Assembly (NCBI GenBank): GCA_035084275.1
Contig: CM068764.1
Span: 7,750,001-7,814,000, forward strand
Origin: Hydrolagus colliei
Lineage: Eukaryota
Length of the DNA stretch: 64,000 nt
Direction of reading: 5' to 3'
Position 1 is the first letter of the stretch, and each line of letters opens with the position of its first letter. Under the pieces are notes generated by a model that saw nothing but the letters and a program-made list of their open reading frames with translations, had not been told where the DNA came from and made no database searches. This document shows, piece after piece, positions 1-13,080 of the stretch. The translations under genes and the position numbers were made by a program.

Positions 1-212
1 ACTACACACACACACGCACCTAATAATAATAATCCCTGAAATGAACAATCCACGACTGTTTGTGTGGGGGACGCTGCTGCGCGCAATCGGCTGCCGCGTT
101 TCGCGTACAAATACACAGTCAATCCACTTTATAGTAAATTCGGCCAAGCGCGTTGAGACGTCTAGAAGAGGTGAAAAGCGTTGTATCAAATGCAAGGATT
201 ATTATTAATATT
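1..212 (+). mobile_element. tRNA-derived Deu-type SINE, 3' part
   Basis: Family core ctgtgcgcaattggctgccgcgtttc and tail aaatgcaaggattatt. Confidence 0.85.
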
Positions 213-490
213 TTATTTGCCCATCACGAGTTGCATTTTATCTACGGTCTATTCTCTGGTGAAGAAAAAAATTTCTCTTTAAAATTAGTTACAACCAAGT
301 TAACAAACAAAACGCGCGTTTCTTCCCATTGGAATTTCTGCATCTATCAAGATGCTTTGTCTGGTCTGTGCAGCACAGGGCGGCAGCTGAAATATCCCTC
401 AAACCTGCGAAAGGTTAGGATAAGAGCAAGTCCGCAGCCCTGGATTCAATGACCTGTTAATGCTCAAGACTGCAGGGAGGTCTCTCCTAC

Positions 491-589
491 CTGTGTAGCC
501 AGACTGAGGACTTGCTGCACCAGCTCCTGGGTGTCTGTTGGCTTCTTCAGGAACAACTTCACGATGGCGGTGAGTAGTGTCAGCTGTAC
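491..589 (-). CDS. AP2B1: AP-2 complex subunit beta, coding exon 12 (VQLTLLTAIVKLFLKKPTDTQELVQQVLSLATQ); gene continues beyond left edge
   Basis: 99-nt exon, tccag| acceptor and |gtagg donor, phase 0-0; translation matches the beta-adaptin N-terminal trunk. Confidence 0.96.
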
Positions 590-1060
590 CTGGAATACAG
601 ACACAAATTTCCACGTCGCGACATACGTAGCCTTCTTGTTGGATTGTCCTGCAACAATCCTGTGTTCGATACTGAGTCTTTTATATCAAAGGGCGTCCGC
701 CTGACGTGAAAGTTGCTCTATAAATGTAATTTTGTTTGTGGTTGTTGTTAACGAATGACTGATTTTATCTGGGGTGGGGGGGGTGCGGGGTGGGCGATTG
801 TGGACCTAATGGTGATCGACAATCACAGAGCTGTAGTGAATTTTGGATCTCGATTCTTCAGATCATCACCCAGGTGCCTAATAAACACTGCAACCTTGGT
901 TCATTCTTCAGATCACACCTGAAGACCTTCCTCTTCGACTGTGCTGACAGACACCCCCCACTCCCCCGTCATCACCCCACCCAGCTCAGCGTCAGACTCT
1001 GCCACCATTTAGCCCTCAGAAACACACAGCGCCTTAGGACGTCCTCCTGACCTGATAGGT

Positions 1061-1240
1061 AACAAAAACAGAAGTTGCTGGGAACACTCAGCAGGTCAGG
1101 CATCATCTATGGAGGAAGGAAACGTGAGTCAACATTTCGGGTCCGTGACCCTTCGTCAGAACACCAAGGATGATCGTCCCGAAACGTTGACTCACTTTTG
1201 CTTTCTCCATAGATGCTGCATGACCTGTTGGTTATTTTGT
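1061..1240. mobile_element. Palindromic Penelope-like (PLE) terminal-repeat remnant with hammerhead-like core
   Basis: Inverted arms caggtcaggcatcatctatggag...gtgagtcaacatttcggg / cccgaaacgttgactcac...ctccatagatgctgcatgacctg; CTGACGA...GAAA on - strand. Confidence 0.65.
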
Positions 1241-1278
1241 TGTAATTTGTCGGGAAGCTGGTGTCGTCGATGCCTTAC

Positions 1279-1444
1279 CTGGGTGCTCTCATCGTGGAAC
1301 CCATCGAGGAAACTCTCCAACAGCTCATCTGCGTTGTCAATCCTCTCCGCGTATTCGCCCACAATCCAGATCATGGCCGCTCGGGCATCGGGCTCGTCGA
1401 GGGAGTCCAGGTTCTCGCATAAGGTGGCTATGATACTCTCGTAC
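1279..1444 (-). CDS. AP2B1: AP2B1 exon 11 ([55 protein letters not shown])
   Basis: 166 nt, AG/GT boundaries, frame-consistent with neighbours. Confidence 0.97.
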
Positions 1445-1580
1445 CTAACGGATCAAAGCGAGAGACTGTTTCAATCAGAGCAACGTTACTTTCCCCCCAC
1501 CTTACTATTCTACTGCAAAATAAGGAATGGTGAGCCCATCATCTTTTCTAAAGGCCGGACAGGGGACAAGGAGTGAGCGC

Positions 1581-1869
1581 AATAATAATAATAATAAATT
1601 TGAAAAAATGCTTTTCAAATCTTATCGACGTCTCAAAGCGCTTCACAGAATATACCGTAAAGTGAATTGACTGCATATTTGTGGACGAAACGCGGCAGAC
1701 AATTGCGCACAGCAGCGTTCCCCCCCACAAACACTCGTGGATTGAAATGACCAATTTTCTTAGTGTGGGTTTTTTCGGACAGATTATTATTAGGCGCGCG
1801 TGTGTGTGGAGGAAAGAAACTTTCCCAAGGTTTCGCCCTGATCTGCCCGGATTCGAACACAGGTCTCAC
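1581..1869 (-). mobile_element. SINE copy (same family)
   Basis: Core, B-box remnant and (ATT)n tail on - strand. Confidence 0.85.
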
Positions 1870-2067
1870 GACGTCAGGGTTGGGCTGTTGCAATGTACCA
1901 CCCAGTCCAATAGTTTTCACACTTGCTAATTAATAAAGGTCTCTTGTCCGAGGGAATCGAAGAACGCTCTAGATCAGACAGTTACATCACCAGATTGAGA
2001 TACTGTCGGTCAGTAGGTCTCTTCGTTCAGTTTCTCTCTTTCCTGAGGAACGAAAGGCCCTACTTAC

Positions 2068-2183
2068 TTGTTGGGGTACTTGCGGAAGATGTCCCTGATG
2101 ACCACAATAGCTTCCTGGACCACATAGTTGACTTTAGTCTGGATGAGATCGAGCAGAGTGCTGACACAGCGCTCGGCCGATTG
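2068..2183 (-). CDS. AP2B1: AP2B1 exon 10 ([38 protein letters not shown])
   Basis: 116 nt, ccccag| and |gtaagt. Confidence 0.97.
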
Positions 2184-2334
2184 CTGGGGATCACAACAAG
2201 ACTCGATTAGCCCCACAAGGTTCATTCACGCTTTTCTATTCAATCAGTCAAGTCAGCTGTGAGCCAAAGCAAATGAGGGGAACAGGAGCAAATAAAGATA
2301 GATACTTTTGTGCCCCTTCATTACCCTCCATCAG

Positions 2335-2840
2335 ATAAGAACATAAGAACATAAGAATAAGTAGCTGGAGTATGGCCAGTCAGGCAATTGAGCCTGCTCT
2401 GCTTTAACTCCATATCCCTTAATCCCTTTATCCATAAGAAATCTATCAATCCCAGTCTTGAATATGTTCAAAGACTGAGCATCTACAGCCCTTTTGGGAG
2501 GTAGAGAATTCCATAAATTCACTACTCTCTGAGGGAAGAAGTGTTTCTTCAACTCTGCGCAAAAAGGCTGACCTCCTAATCTTAAAACTATGACCCCCTA
2601 ATTATAGTTTCTCCAACTAGGAGAAACAGTTTCCCGCTGACTACGCTGCCATGTCCCTTCTAGGTTTCTATCAGATCACCTCTAATTTTTCTATATTCTA
2701 GAGAATACAGGCCAAGTTTACTCCACCCATCCTCATAGCTCAACCACCTCATCCCAGGAACTAACCTAGTGAATCTAAGCTGTACCCTCTCTGAGGAGAG
2801 TATGTCATTTCTTAAAAAACGAGACCCAAACTGCAAGCAC
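2335..2840 (-). mobile_element. CR1-type LINE 3' fragment
   Basis: ORF2 C-terminus (RFTRLVPGM..LSYE...LGLYSLE.R.IRGDLIE; FFPQRVVNLWNSLP..AVDA.SLNIFK..IDRFL...GIKGY) and (TTCTTATG)n tail. Confidence 0.9.
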
Positions 2841-3377
2841 GGAAGGCTCTTGACGAAGAGAAGCATTTGGCAGCCTGTTGGAATGCACTGAGCGCCAAAT
2901 GAACCCAAACAATTTACATTTTTGCTGCTAGCTCTCATCTGTTTCCTACAGCAGGAGTAAGCGTGGCATCTATCCAGCCAAGGACTGTTTTGAGGGCTGA
3001 CTGTTCCCAGTGACGGTTTAACTCCACACACAGAAACACACACACATACCCCCGAGAGAGTTTTTTTTAAAAAAAATATTAGCTTGACATAAGAGGGAGT
3101 GGACGCAGAACCTTTGAGTCATACGTTCACCCAATTATTGTAATTCTAAGCACCAAATTGTCAGTTCCGAGCTATTATCTGCCGCATTCAACCAGATCAA
3201 ACACGGCCAACTGTCCCATCAGTGGACCTCACGCAGTGCAAAGGCTCAACAGCTCCAAGTCTCTTGAAACTCGTTACCATGTGCCTCAGTTTCCAGGTTA
3301 AGAGGACAGTGAACACACAGACACACACACACGCACACAAAACCCCAATTATCAGAGGAGAAACAGAGGCAGCTGAC

Positions 3378-3473
3378 CTCAACTTTGATGGCACATCGGC
3401 CGATGGCACGCACGGCCTTCCTCACAAAATCGACGTCGACCTCGGTGGCGTACTCCTTCAGCTCGGCCAGGAC
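3378..3473 (-). CDS. AP2B1: AP2B1 exon 9 ([32 protein letters not shown])
   Basis: 96 nt, canonical splice sites, ORF track 3246..3518. Confidence 0.97.
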
Positions 3474-5227
3474 CTGAGGGGAAACGAGAGGCGTTGAGTA
3501 ACCAAGATATCGTGGCATCTACACCCCCCGCACAAATGATAACAACAAACAAACAAACAAACAAACAACAACAAAATTACATTTATAGAGCGCCATTCAC
3601 GTCGGGAGGACGGTCCCAAGGCTCATCTCCATAACCTAAATGTTTACAACCAAGGGCACTTATACCCAAGCCACCAACACACGCCTGGTACCATTACCAC
3701 CGCTGGTCGTTCTCAATCCCGCGCTTTCACGTGTTAACACTCATCAAGGACGACTTTCTAGAGATAATGATTGCGGCAGGCAATTGCGCACAGCAGCGTT
3801 CCCCCCACAAACAGTCGTGGATTGAAAATGACCAATTTTATTACTGTGGTTTTTTGGGGGACAGATTATTATTAGGCGCGTGAGGCGAGGAATCTTGCCC
3901 AAGTGACTCGAATGGTCATCTGTCCCGCACACACGGCTGACACGCTCCGAAACATACACGGCATGACAGACTGGTAAAACGAGGGGCTCATAATAATGCC
4001 TTTCATTTTGTTTTCTTAAGACGCACAACTCAAATTGCGAGGATTTGTACCTCGCCCACAGAACACACAGTCAATTCACTATAAAGTGTATTCCGTGAAG
4101 CGCTTTGAGACATCGAGAAGACATATGAAAGGCTATATGAAAGAAAGGCTATCATTATTATTATTATTATGATTATTATTAAGTGAATTCGACTTGACAG
4201 CTCGTCTTCAGCACACATATCTTAGCGGGTTGGAGCCTGTGATAAGCCTGTATTGCACAAACCTCGGTTGCTAGGCTACCAGCTGGAAAAACATCAAACA
4301 CCTGAAAGGCTAAACTAATATTTATTCGGCATTTTCAATACAGGGCTAATTTCTCCGGAAGGGCGCTTGCAGCAATCCTATTAATCCTCCGGACTTTAAT
4401 TTGTCTCTTTTGACTGGCGCCTTTTGGAAACCTGACAAGATTAGGAGCCGACCGGAGTGCCTGGGGGCACGCGATTGGCAAATCCAACAAGCCCGGGCTT
4501 GGTGGATCTCTCTCTCCGCAAACGGTTTTGTGCACGTCAAGATGACCCAGAAGGTCTCCCGGCATCGTCGAAACATTCCAGAACAAGCCTCGCATCAATT
4601 GGCTAATTTCTCTCGCTCTCTCTCTCTCTCTCCACCCCCCCCCCCACACACACACACACACAAAATGTCTAGGAGAGAGTGAGGCGCTCTGAATTAAAAA
4701 CAGAGGTGAGACGAGGGAGCCACAAATACTGGAGTGATCAGATCAGCACATTGTAGAGGCTAACACATTAATATAGGTGTTTGCTCTACTATATTTACAG
4801 GATGCTCTTGCACACAGAGAGGGAGAACAACAGCAAAAGATATCAAAAGCCCAGACCCCAAATTATCCCCAATTCATACTTAAATCCATAAAATCATGAC
4901 TTCATGCGTGCCCCAGCATATCCAGTCTGTGATGAATCAATCTGACAGGCAACTGAGAGATGCCACACAATAGACAATGACATTTCTATAGTGCCTTTCA
5001 TGGCGGGAGGACGTCCCAAGGCACTGGACAGTTAGGGATATTGACCAAGATTGGTGGGGGTTGGTGGAGGGAATCGCAGCTGCCTCACATTCTAGACCCT
5101 TCCCGCTTAGCGCCAGAGTCCTGACGTTTACAAGAACAACAAAATGGCATTGATAGAGCGCCTTTCACGTCGGGGGGACATCCCAAGGTGACAATGGCCA
5201 CTCTGACCCTGTCTGCTAGGAGCTGAC

Positions 5228-5348
5228 CTGAGCAATGTTGGCCTGGGAGGCCAGACGGATCATGATGTCCAGCTTCTCCAGTTTCACGTAGATCGGGTCG
5301 TTGTACTTGACAAAGAACACCTTGATCTCCTGCTTCAGGATTTCAGGC
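5228..5348 (-). CDS. AP2B1: AP2B1 exon 8 ([40 protein letters not shown])
   Basis: 121 nt, cacag| and |gtcag. Confidence 0.97.
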
Positions 5349-5489
5349 CTGTGGGGAAGAAGGAAGAAACTTCAGAACACTCCGGAGCAAGTAATACTCG
5401 CGAAGGACAGGCCTGGGAGTCCGTTACAGCACGTAGAATGTGTAATTTAACCAAACTTCACTCGATAACTTTTGATAATAAAAATCACT

Positions 5490-5776
5490 ATCCTTGTATT
5501 TGTTATAGCGCTTTTCACGTCTTCTAGACGTCTCAAAGCGCTTCACAGAATATACTGTAAAGTGAATTGACTGTATATATGTGGGAGAAATGCGGCAGCA
5601 GTGTCCCACAAACAGTCGCAGACTGAAATGATCAATTTATTGGGGGGGATGGATTATTAGCAGGCGTGTGGAGGAAGGAAATTTGCACAAGGTTTTGCCC
5701 CTGACTTGTTTTGAATTGGACCCAGGTACTCTCACTTGCAAAGCGAGTGCTCTAACCACTGAGCCACAGGGACTCC
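5490..5776 (-). mobile_element. SINE copy, near full length
   Basis: tRNA-like head to tail. Confidence 0.85.
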
Positions 5777-6184
5777 ACGAATGGGGATTATCACAGCAGG
5801 GGAGGGGAAAGCTGAGAGTTTGCCAGAGAAACATAACGTCTCAGAGTTAACACTTTCCTATTGTCTGAGTGAAGTGATGCAAAACAACAAATTACATTTC
5901 GTTAGCGCCTTTCACGTCAGTGGGATATAACAACAATAATCCTTGCATTTAATAATAGTGCTTTTCACGTCTTCTAGACGTCGCGAAGCTCTTCACAGAA
6001 CATACCGTAAAGCGAACGGATTGTATACTTATGGGCGAAACGCAGCAGCCGATTGCGCGCACGGCAGCGGCCTCCCACCGACGGCACGGTTACAAATGTC
6101 CCTAAAGTGAGAATCTCTAAAGCGCTTCACGGTGAACTCGACCGAGGTCGATTTCCCCCCCTTTCGCCCTCGTCGCCCGCTCAC

Positions 6185-6406
6185 CTCTTCTGGACGATGA
6201 GGTTGATGTTCCTCAGAGCCACGTACTGCACCTCGGGCTCGCCGGAGAGCAGGGTGACCAGTGGCGGGGCCAGCTTCTTCAGGATGGTGTTGTAGTACTC
6301 CGTCTCCTTGGGCAGGAGCTCGATGAACTTCATCAGCACTTTGACGGCGGAGAGGACGACCGCAGAGTTGGCGTGGGACAGGCGCGGAGTCACCCGCTCG
6401 CAGATA
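6185..6406 (-). CDS. AP2B1: AP2B1 exon 7 ([73 protein letters not shown])
   Basis: 222 nt, phase 2-2, canonical sites. Confidence 0.97.
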
Positions 6407-6890
6407 CTGAGGTACGGAGAAAGGGTTCGAGCGTAAGATTATAATGCTAGTTACTAACAACGCTTGCGTTTGATATCGAGCCTGATCACGTCATTGAGAC
6501 ATCTCAAAGTGCTTGACGGAATATACTGTAAAGCGAAATAACCGTAGTACATTTCGTAGCCAATTGCGCACAGAACGGTCCCCACAAACACTCATGGGAT
6601 TGACTGACCAATCTATTTAGCAGAAGGAATCATTACCCACAGAAATCGACCCGCCAATCGACTAACAAGCGGGTTTCCTACTTACTGTTAGGTAAACAGA
6701 GGCGTCTGGATTAAGGAAAGTGCGTTGGCCATGAATCGAACCTGCTTGCTTGCGAGTGCTCTAACCACTACACTACAGGACTCCACACTGCGCTTCGTCT
6801 GCGCCTATACTTATCCAATCTTAATCAAATCTACCACTTTCCCTGAGCGCCCCACTCTGGCTCAGGCGGCCACACACAGCGCTGGCTCAC

Positions 6891-7081
6891 CTCTGTGCCT
6901 CGCGCTCGTCCTTGGGGTTGTAGTTGGACAGGCAGTCCAGGATGAAGATCTGCCCCCACTCAGTGCACTCGTTCAGAGCCGTGATCAGCTTGTTGATGTT
7001 CTGCGGGTTCAGATCCAGCAGGTTGCTGTTTGGGTGAGACTCGCTGATCTCAGACAGGGCAGCCACAGCATTCGCCACCAC
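6891..7081 (-). CDS. AP2B1: AP2B1 exon 6 ([63 protein letters not shown])
   Basis: 191 nt, ccttag| and |gtgag. Confidence 0.97.
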
Positions 7082-10000
7082 CTAAGGACAGGGAGATCAT
7101 AATAATAATTCTCATCTCCGAGACGTCTCAAAGCACTTCACAGGACATACTTGTAAAGTCAATCGACTGCGTATTTTGTGGGCGAGAACATAAGAATTGC
7201 AAGGTTCATCCAGTTCGCCTTCCACCATCTTGGCAGTCGAACGTAGACTTCAAATCGCAAACTACGCATGATATTATTTCCTAAGAGAAAAGTACCTCAT
7301 TAGCTTTTGAAAGATTAAAAACAAATTAAACTCAACTGAAAATAATAGTTCGTTCCAATACGATGACGTTACATTTTACGCGGAACGACTTAGGAATGGC
7401 ACGGAGTCACTGGATGGCAGACTCACTGAGGCGTGGGCGATGAAAGTACCAGATTATTCTGCGCTGATTAAGATTATCCCACATTAATCAGATCTACCAT
7501 CTCTGGTTGATTTGATTGAAGAGCAGATAATCGTGTGCTTTCATCACCTGATACCGAGCGAGTGGGAAGCGACGGGGGGGGGGGTGGGGGGGGGCAGACG
7601 GAAGGCAGTCAAAAGCGCAGCGGGTGAGGTAGGCTTTTAGGAAAGCCGGTCTCAGGGTGCAGGAATTTGGGGAGAGAATTCCAGAATGCTGGATCATTGC
7701 TGTCCCAAGCTCAGCCACCAAGGGAAGTGCAGCAGTCGACAAGCTCGGCTCAGAGAGAACAGAGAGAGTAGGTAAATAATGAGCAGAATAATCCTTGCAT
7801 TTGATATCGTGCCTTATCGCGTCTGTGAGACGTCTCAGAGCGCTTCACAGAACGTACTGTAAAGTGAACTGACTGCATATTTTGTGGGCGAAACGCAGCG
7901 CGTCAATTGCGCCCAGCAGCCTCCAACAAACGGTCGTGGATTGAGTGACCCGAATCATTACGCATTTTTCGTTTGTTTCATTGAAGACTGACGTGCATCA
8001 GCTGCATCTATCTCTCTCTCTCACAACATACATACGCACACACACACTCTCTCCCCCCTTGCCACACGTTCTCTATGACTTGGCAGAAAATTGATTGAGA
8101 CCCCCGAAAGAATAATAGCACAAACTCAAATCAGTCACTCCAAAATCACCCAGTACTGCTCACCCCACAAGCACCTGCAGCTGACTTGACAGCCCCTTTC
8201 GATCGACTCGCGCCAACTAAACATACTGTTTATTCACTCTCCCTAGCGAAAGTGTTAACCTATGTGTTAAGATGCAGCCAGGCCTGAAAACATTGGCGGT
8301 AATAGGATATCCCTGGGCCAACTGCCCGCGGCTAATCACTTCGGAGCTAAAATTGAAGGCGTTTCCGAAAATGCTCGCAGAAGTTTTTCCCTCTTGTGTG
8401 AGAGGCGCTATCTCTCGCAGTAAATTGCTGCCGTTCCATCCAGGAGGCTGGAAGGGGTGAGGAATTGATTGCGAAGGCAGCTGCCTTCCATCCGGCCTGC
8501 TGAGTATTCCAGTCACAAGTGCAAACGTAAACCAAGGCTGATCGATTCCACCGTTGCGCTCGTTCCTTAAGTTTCCTTTACAGTACGTTCCTTGAGTTTC
8601 AACTCCTTTGAGAATCGGCAAGGATATCTTAGTTCCCAGACGCGACTGCATTGGGTCGTCTTAAAAGTCGAGAGCTAAGCTGGCTCGAAAAGAAGTCAGA
8701 TAAGAATTTTTCCCGCCCGCTCGCAGAAAGTGGATGGGTTGCCAAATCTCTCAGTCAAGTATAATAGGATTAGAGGTCTTCAACACCCGCTGGACAAATT
8801 ACACACACTAAAAGGTTCACGTCGAAGTGCCAGGGGAAAAGAAAAAAGCCGCTCTGCACACCACCGCGAGTGAAAAAAAAGGTAAAACAGGAAGGAAATT
8901 TGAATCCACGCAACAAACGACAGCCTTGACGTTCCTCTTAAGTCAATCGATCACGGCAGATAGGACCTAAAATGAGATGCCCTGTAGAATCGATAAGTGC
9001 GCAATGCTTCCAACGGGAGCACAGAGTAGGACGTAAATTGCACCAATGGAACAAGACTCAAGGCTGCGCGGTCAAATCTTTGGAAGCAAGTGTTATAGAA
9101 TCGCTAAGGAAATGATTCAAGCAATCAATGGGTTGAAACAACATGGATGTATTTTAAGAGACAACCTCGAGGACCGGCTGGTCGTTTCACCTAGAGATAC
9201 AACTCTCTCATACACATGCACACACACAGGTGATCGCTCTCGATTACACAGCTGTTTACGCGCAGCCAGTAAAATCGTTAAAGCCAGCCTTTTAATAAAG
9301 CATAGTGCTTGTATTTGATATCATGCTTTTCACATGGCTTTTAAAACCAACACAGAATGGATTAGCATTGAAAGCTAAAGCCTCCAAATACCGTTCACTG
9401 ATCTGGACAGTAATAACTCGCAAAGCAGGTTAATGCTAGGATTGGTGCAACAATAACGCGAGGATTATTGCTATTGTGTTCTTAGAAAATCCAAGTCATT
9501 GTGGGAGGTAAAGAGAAACGAAACGCTTGGGAAGATGCTAATAGCAGCGAGAGAATATTACCACAGCAACACAAAGCTCCGAGAGACCCAAGGTTTATAG
9601 CTGCATAAACAAAGCAATTCCTTTTAGATAAAAGGATTAATGAATGATTCCCCAAGTTCGTGGACAAACAGTACCATCTAGTGGCAGTGGAAGCAACGTT
9701 ACAATTCTGGAACCATTGCTAAACACAATGCAGTGGATTCATTATTTTGCCGAATGGGTTACAACCTCAACTCTATATTCCGGGAGCAGGATTGGATTTG
9801 AGCACGAGCGGAGACCGGCAGACAATAGATTGTCTGAGGAGCCCACGACAGGTTTGATCAGTGAGTGACCCGTCGCCACAACTTCTGCTATTGCCAAACA
9901 CCTCACCTTCAGCCTCTTCCCAACGTTAAATAGAAAGGGTTGGAATGAAATAAACTGGCAAGACGGAGGGATTGAGGGTGAGGGGGTTGGGAAAAGAGTG

Positions 10001-10174
10001 TTCGAGGGTATCGTGGCTGCAAGCGAATCCGTGCTTAAGAGATAACAGCCAGTGCTTGAGTCGCTGTGCAAACGCAGTATGAGAGATTTAAGTGGTTTGC
10101 CTTGTAGTCACACAACCGAATGTGTGCGTGTATCTATGTCCGTCCGCCTGTAAACAGATAGGTGCGGTGATTAC

Positions 10175-10420
10175 CATGGGGTTGGAATCAGCGATCAGGT
10201 CCCGCAGGGAGTCGAGGAAGCCCTGGTCCTCCACCATCTGGGCGTTGATGTCGTGCAGTTTGGCGACGCACACGGCGGCGGTTTTACGCACGTACGGGTC
10301 CTCGTCCTTAAGACACTTGCGCAGTGGCTCGCACAGGTACTCGGTGATCTTGTCGACACGGATGCATCCCATGGTGCGGACGGCCAGGGCTCGGATCAGT
10401 GGGTTGGGGTCCTCACAGTC
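10175..10420 (-). CDS. AP2B1: AP2B1 exon 5 ([82 protein letters not shown])
   Basis: 246 nt, phase 0-0, canonical sites. Confidence 0.97.
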
Positions 10421-10862
10421 CTGTCGAGGAAACAGGATGCGTCATTAAAACCGCACAACTCCTTCCGGATGCGGTGGTTAAGGCAACTCTTGTGTTCGAT
10501 ACAATGCTCGTCACTTGGGGAGCGAACATCTCAAAGCCTCTCACAGGATTTACTGTAATAACAACCACCACATTATACTTGTACAGGGCCTTTCTGGACA
10601 GGAGGACGCCCCACAAGGCGCTGTGTAGTGACTCAGTGACTCGCCGCAAGGAATAAACATGCAAATCCAAAGTCAGCTCTCAAACTCTCGATGGTGCTTT
10701 TGGGGAATGTATTGAATGAAATAACAATTTTTTAAAATAATAATAATAATCCTTGCATTGGATATAGTACCTTCGCCCGTCTTCGAGGCATCTCAAAGCA
10801 ATTCAACGGGATGCACTGTAAAATAAAGCTAACTGACTGTAGATTTTGTGGGCGAGTGTTAC

Positions 10863-10998
10863 CTTGACAAAGCTGTTGACAGCCATGATGGCCATGTCGG
10901 GTTGGTTCTTGGCATAGTTCATGAGGTAGAGATACACAAGCTTCTTCAGCTCCAGGTTGTCCGTCTGCATACAGTTCACCACGTCCGGGAAGAGAGAG
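10863..10998 (-). CDS. AP2B1: AP2B1 exon 4 ([45 protein letters not shown])
   Basis: 136 nt; NSFVK is beta-2-type (beta-1 has NTFVK). Confidence 0.97.
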
Positions 10999-11230
10999 CT
11001 GCGCAAAACACAGAGAAGACGGGATCTGCTTAGCTCCGCCGTGAACAGTCTTAAGTGGCGGAGGGAGAGAGAGAACTCTTGGCGCACTATCTCAGCATCA
11101 GCAGGCTCCCTCCCCTTCCTCCCCCACTCCATAACCTAACCCACCCACAACAAACCAGCCTGTCAAAGCTCCTTGCCTGTCTCACTTGGACATAGAGCCA
11201 TTCTCTGTCCAACATGTTGTCCCATCAATC

Positions 11231-11577
11231 ATAATAATAATAATCCTTGCATTTGATAATAGCGCTTTACACATCTTAGCGACGTCTCAAAGCGCTTCCT
11301 AAAATATACTGTAAAGTGAACTGTCTATATATTTGTGGGCGAAACGCGGCAGCCAATTGCACACAGCAGGTGTCCCGCAAACAGTCGCGGATTAAAATGA
11401 CCGATTTTTATTATTGTGGGTTTTTTTTACGGACTATTATCAGGCGCGCGTGTGTGTGTGTGTGTGTGTGTGGAGTAAGGAAATTTGCCCAAGGTTTCGC
11501 CCTGACCTGCCTGGATTCGAACACAGGTCTCACACTTGTAAGGCGAGCGCTCTAACCCACTGAGCCTCAGGAGCTCC
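11231..11577 (-). mobile_element. SINE copy, full length with internal (CA)n
   Basis: A box, B box (gttcgaatcc), core, (ATT)n tail. Confidence 0.9.
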
Positions 11578-12374
11578 ACATCATCGTGATCAACAACAGA
11601 ATTACATTAGTAGAGCGGAAGGAAACATCACCCCCCCCCCCCATCTCCTTCCCACCAAAGTCTCATTCTCACCCAGACCGTCAGTGAAGACGCTGGCAGC
11701 AATTTTACAGGCAGCATTTTTACACGCAGAGCTTTCGCAGAGGACTAAAATATCACCCTTTCTCCCTTTCACTTTCTTTCGCGGTCGATCTCGCTAAAGT
11801 ACGATCCAGCTAAAGATCTAGCTAGCGTACAATTAGCGGTGTGGAAATGATTCGGTGTCTTTAACAGCTTTCATGAATTAACGAATTAACCCTCTGCCAA
11901 GGAAACTGCCGTCGGCCCGAGCCACCTGCAACCTTCCCACCTCGGGAGAAGCTTTCTGCTTCAACCTTTCTGAAAAAACTCTGCGCGGTTGCCTTGCCGA
12001 CAAGCCTTAATACCCCAGGGTGCTGATGCACACGAGGCACGGTTGCTAAATTGCAACAGCCGCAGCAGCTGTGCAGGTCTGAGGCACCTGAGCCCCCACC
12101 CGCCAACCACCTCCCATCAAAATTCGTATCGATTTACTCCACTTTCGATCCATCTCCTCCCTCGACGGACGGACGGACGGATGCACGTACAATATCAATT
12201 CTGTTAAAAGGTTGAACGCAAACTCAATACCGATTTTAAAAAAGTGGAGACATTGAGGAGCTGATGAAATCTGAGGAGCTCCCACTCTGCGCTCTGCAGA
12301 TCACAAGCTCTACTCCCGACAAGAACGCTCCCCGAATCTCGAGCGCGCGGGTTCCCGATCATTCCGCATCCCAC

Positions 12375-12480
12375 CTCACATCCTTGCCGACTGTCATGGC
12401 AGCAATGACCTTCTTCACCGCCTCTTTCCTCTTCTCTTTCTTCTCATTGTTCAGCTCAGCCTTCAATTCGAATATCTCTC
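12375..12480 (-). CDS. AP2B1: AP2B1 exon 3 ([34 protein letters not shown])
   Basis: 106 nt; [10 protein letters not shown] is diagnostic of AP2B1 rather than AP1B1. Confidence 0.97.
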
Positions 12481-13043
12481 CTGGGAAAAAACAGCAGCCG
12501 ACACCGGAGACACACTATTTTAGCTTCAATCGCGCTCTCTCCCCACAGCTTAAGTGATATGCGTCTGTGTTATTCATTTTGTCTCACACAGACACGCAAA
12601 CATTGTTCCCTTTCACACCACAGCTGTTCAGTCACCCAACCACAAGCCCATAAAACCCACCCTCCACCCACATGACACCTCTGCCCACGCAAACCTCTTC
12701 TTTCTCCCTCCCTCCCCCCAATCCCATCCCCAGATTCGCAGCCCGAAACACCTTATTTCTGAACACAGGGGGCTTGCTATCAAGTCTGTGCTAACTCCGC
12801 TCCCTATCCATCAGATGGCACATACACGCGCACGCACACACAACACACACACACACGCGCGTGTGTATCTACTGGCTCCTTGTTCCTCCACAAAGGATCC
12901 CGCGCAGATGTCAACACTCGACATGACACTTTCACATTCGAGTTAACCCAGGCTGTGGGTTTCACCCTGAGCCACAAAACCATCCATCACCGTACAATAT
13001 GCAAAGCAGCGGGGGAATCGACTGCCCGGGAGGCAGAACCTAC

Positions 13044-13080
13044 CTTTCTTATTAGTCGTGAAATATTTTGAATCGGTCAT
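13044..13080 (-). CDS. AP2B1: AP2B1 exon 2 coding part, start codon (MTDSKYFTTNKK-G); exon begins at 13102
   Basis: GCCACCATG Kozak context, ttttgcag| acceptor at 13103-13104, |gtagg donor. Confidence 0.96.

Noticed and set aside
491-13080. AP1B1 as the identity of the beta-adaptin
   Set aside because: [16 protein letters not shown] and NSFVK residues and the head-to-head position with PEX12 indicate AP2B1
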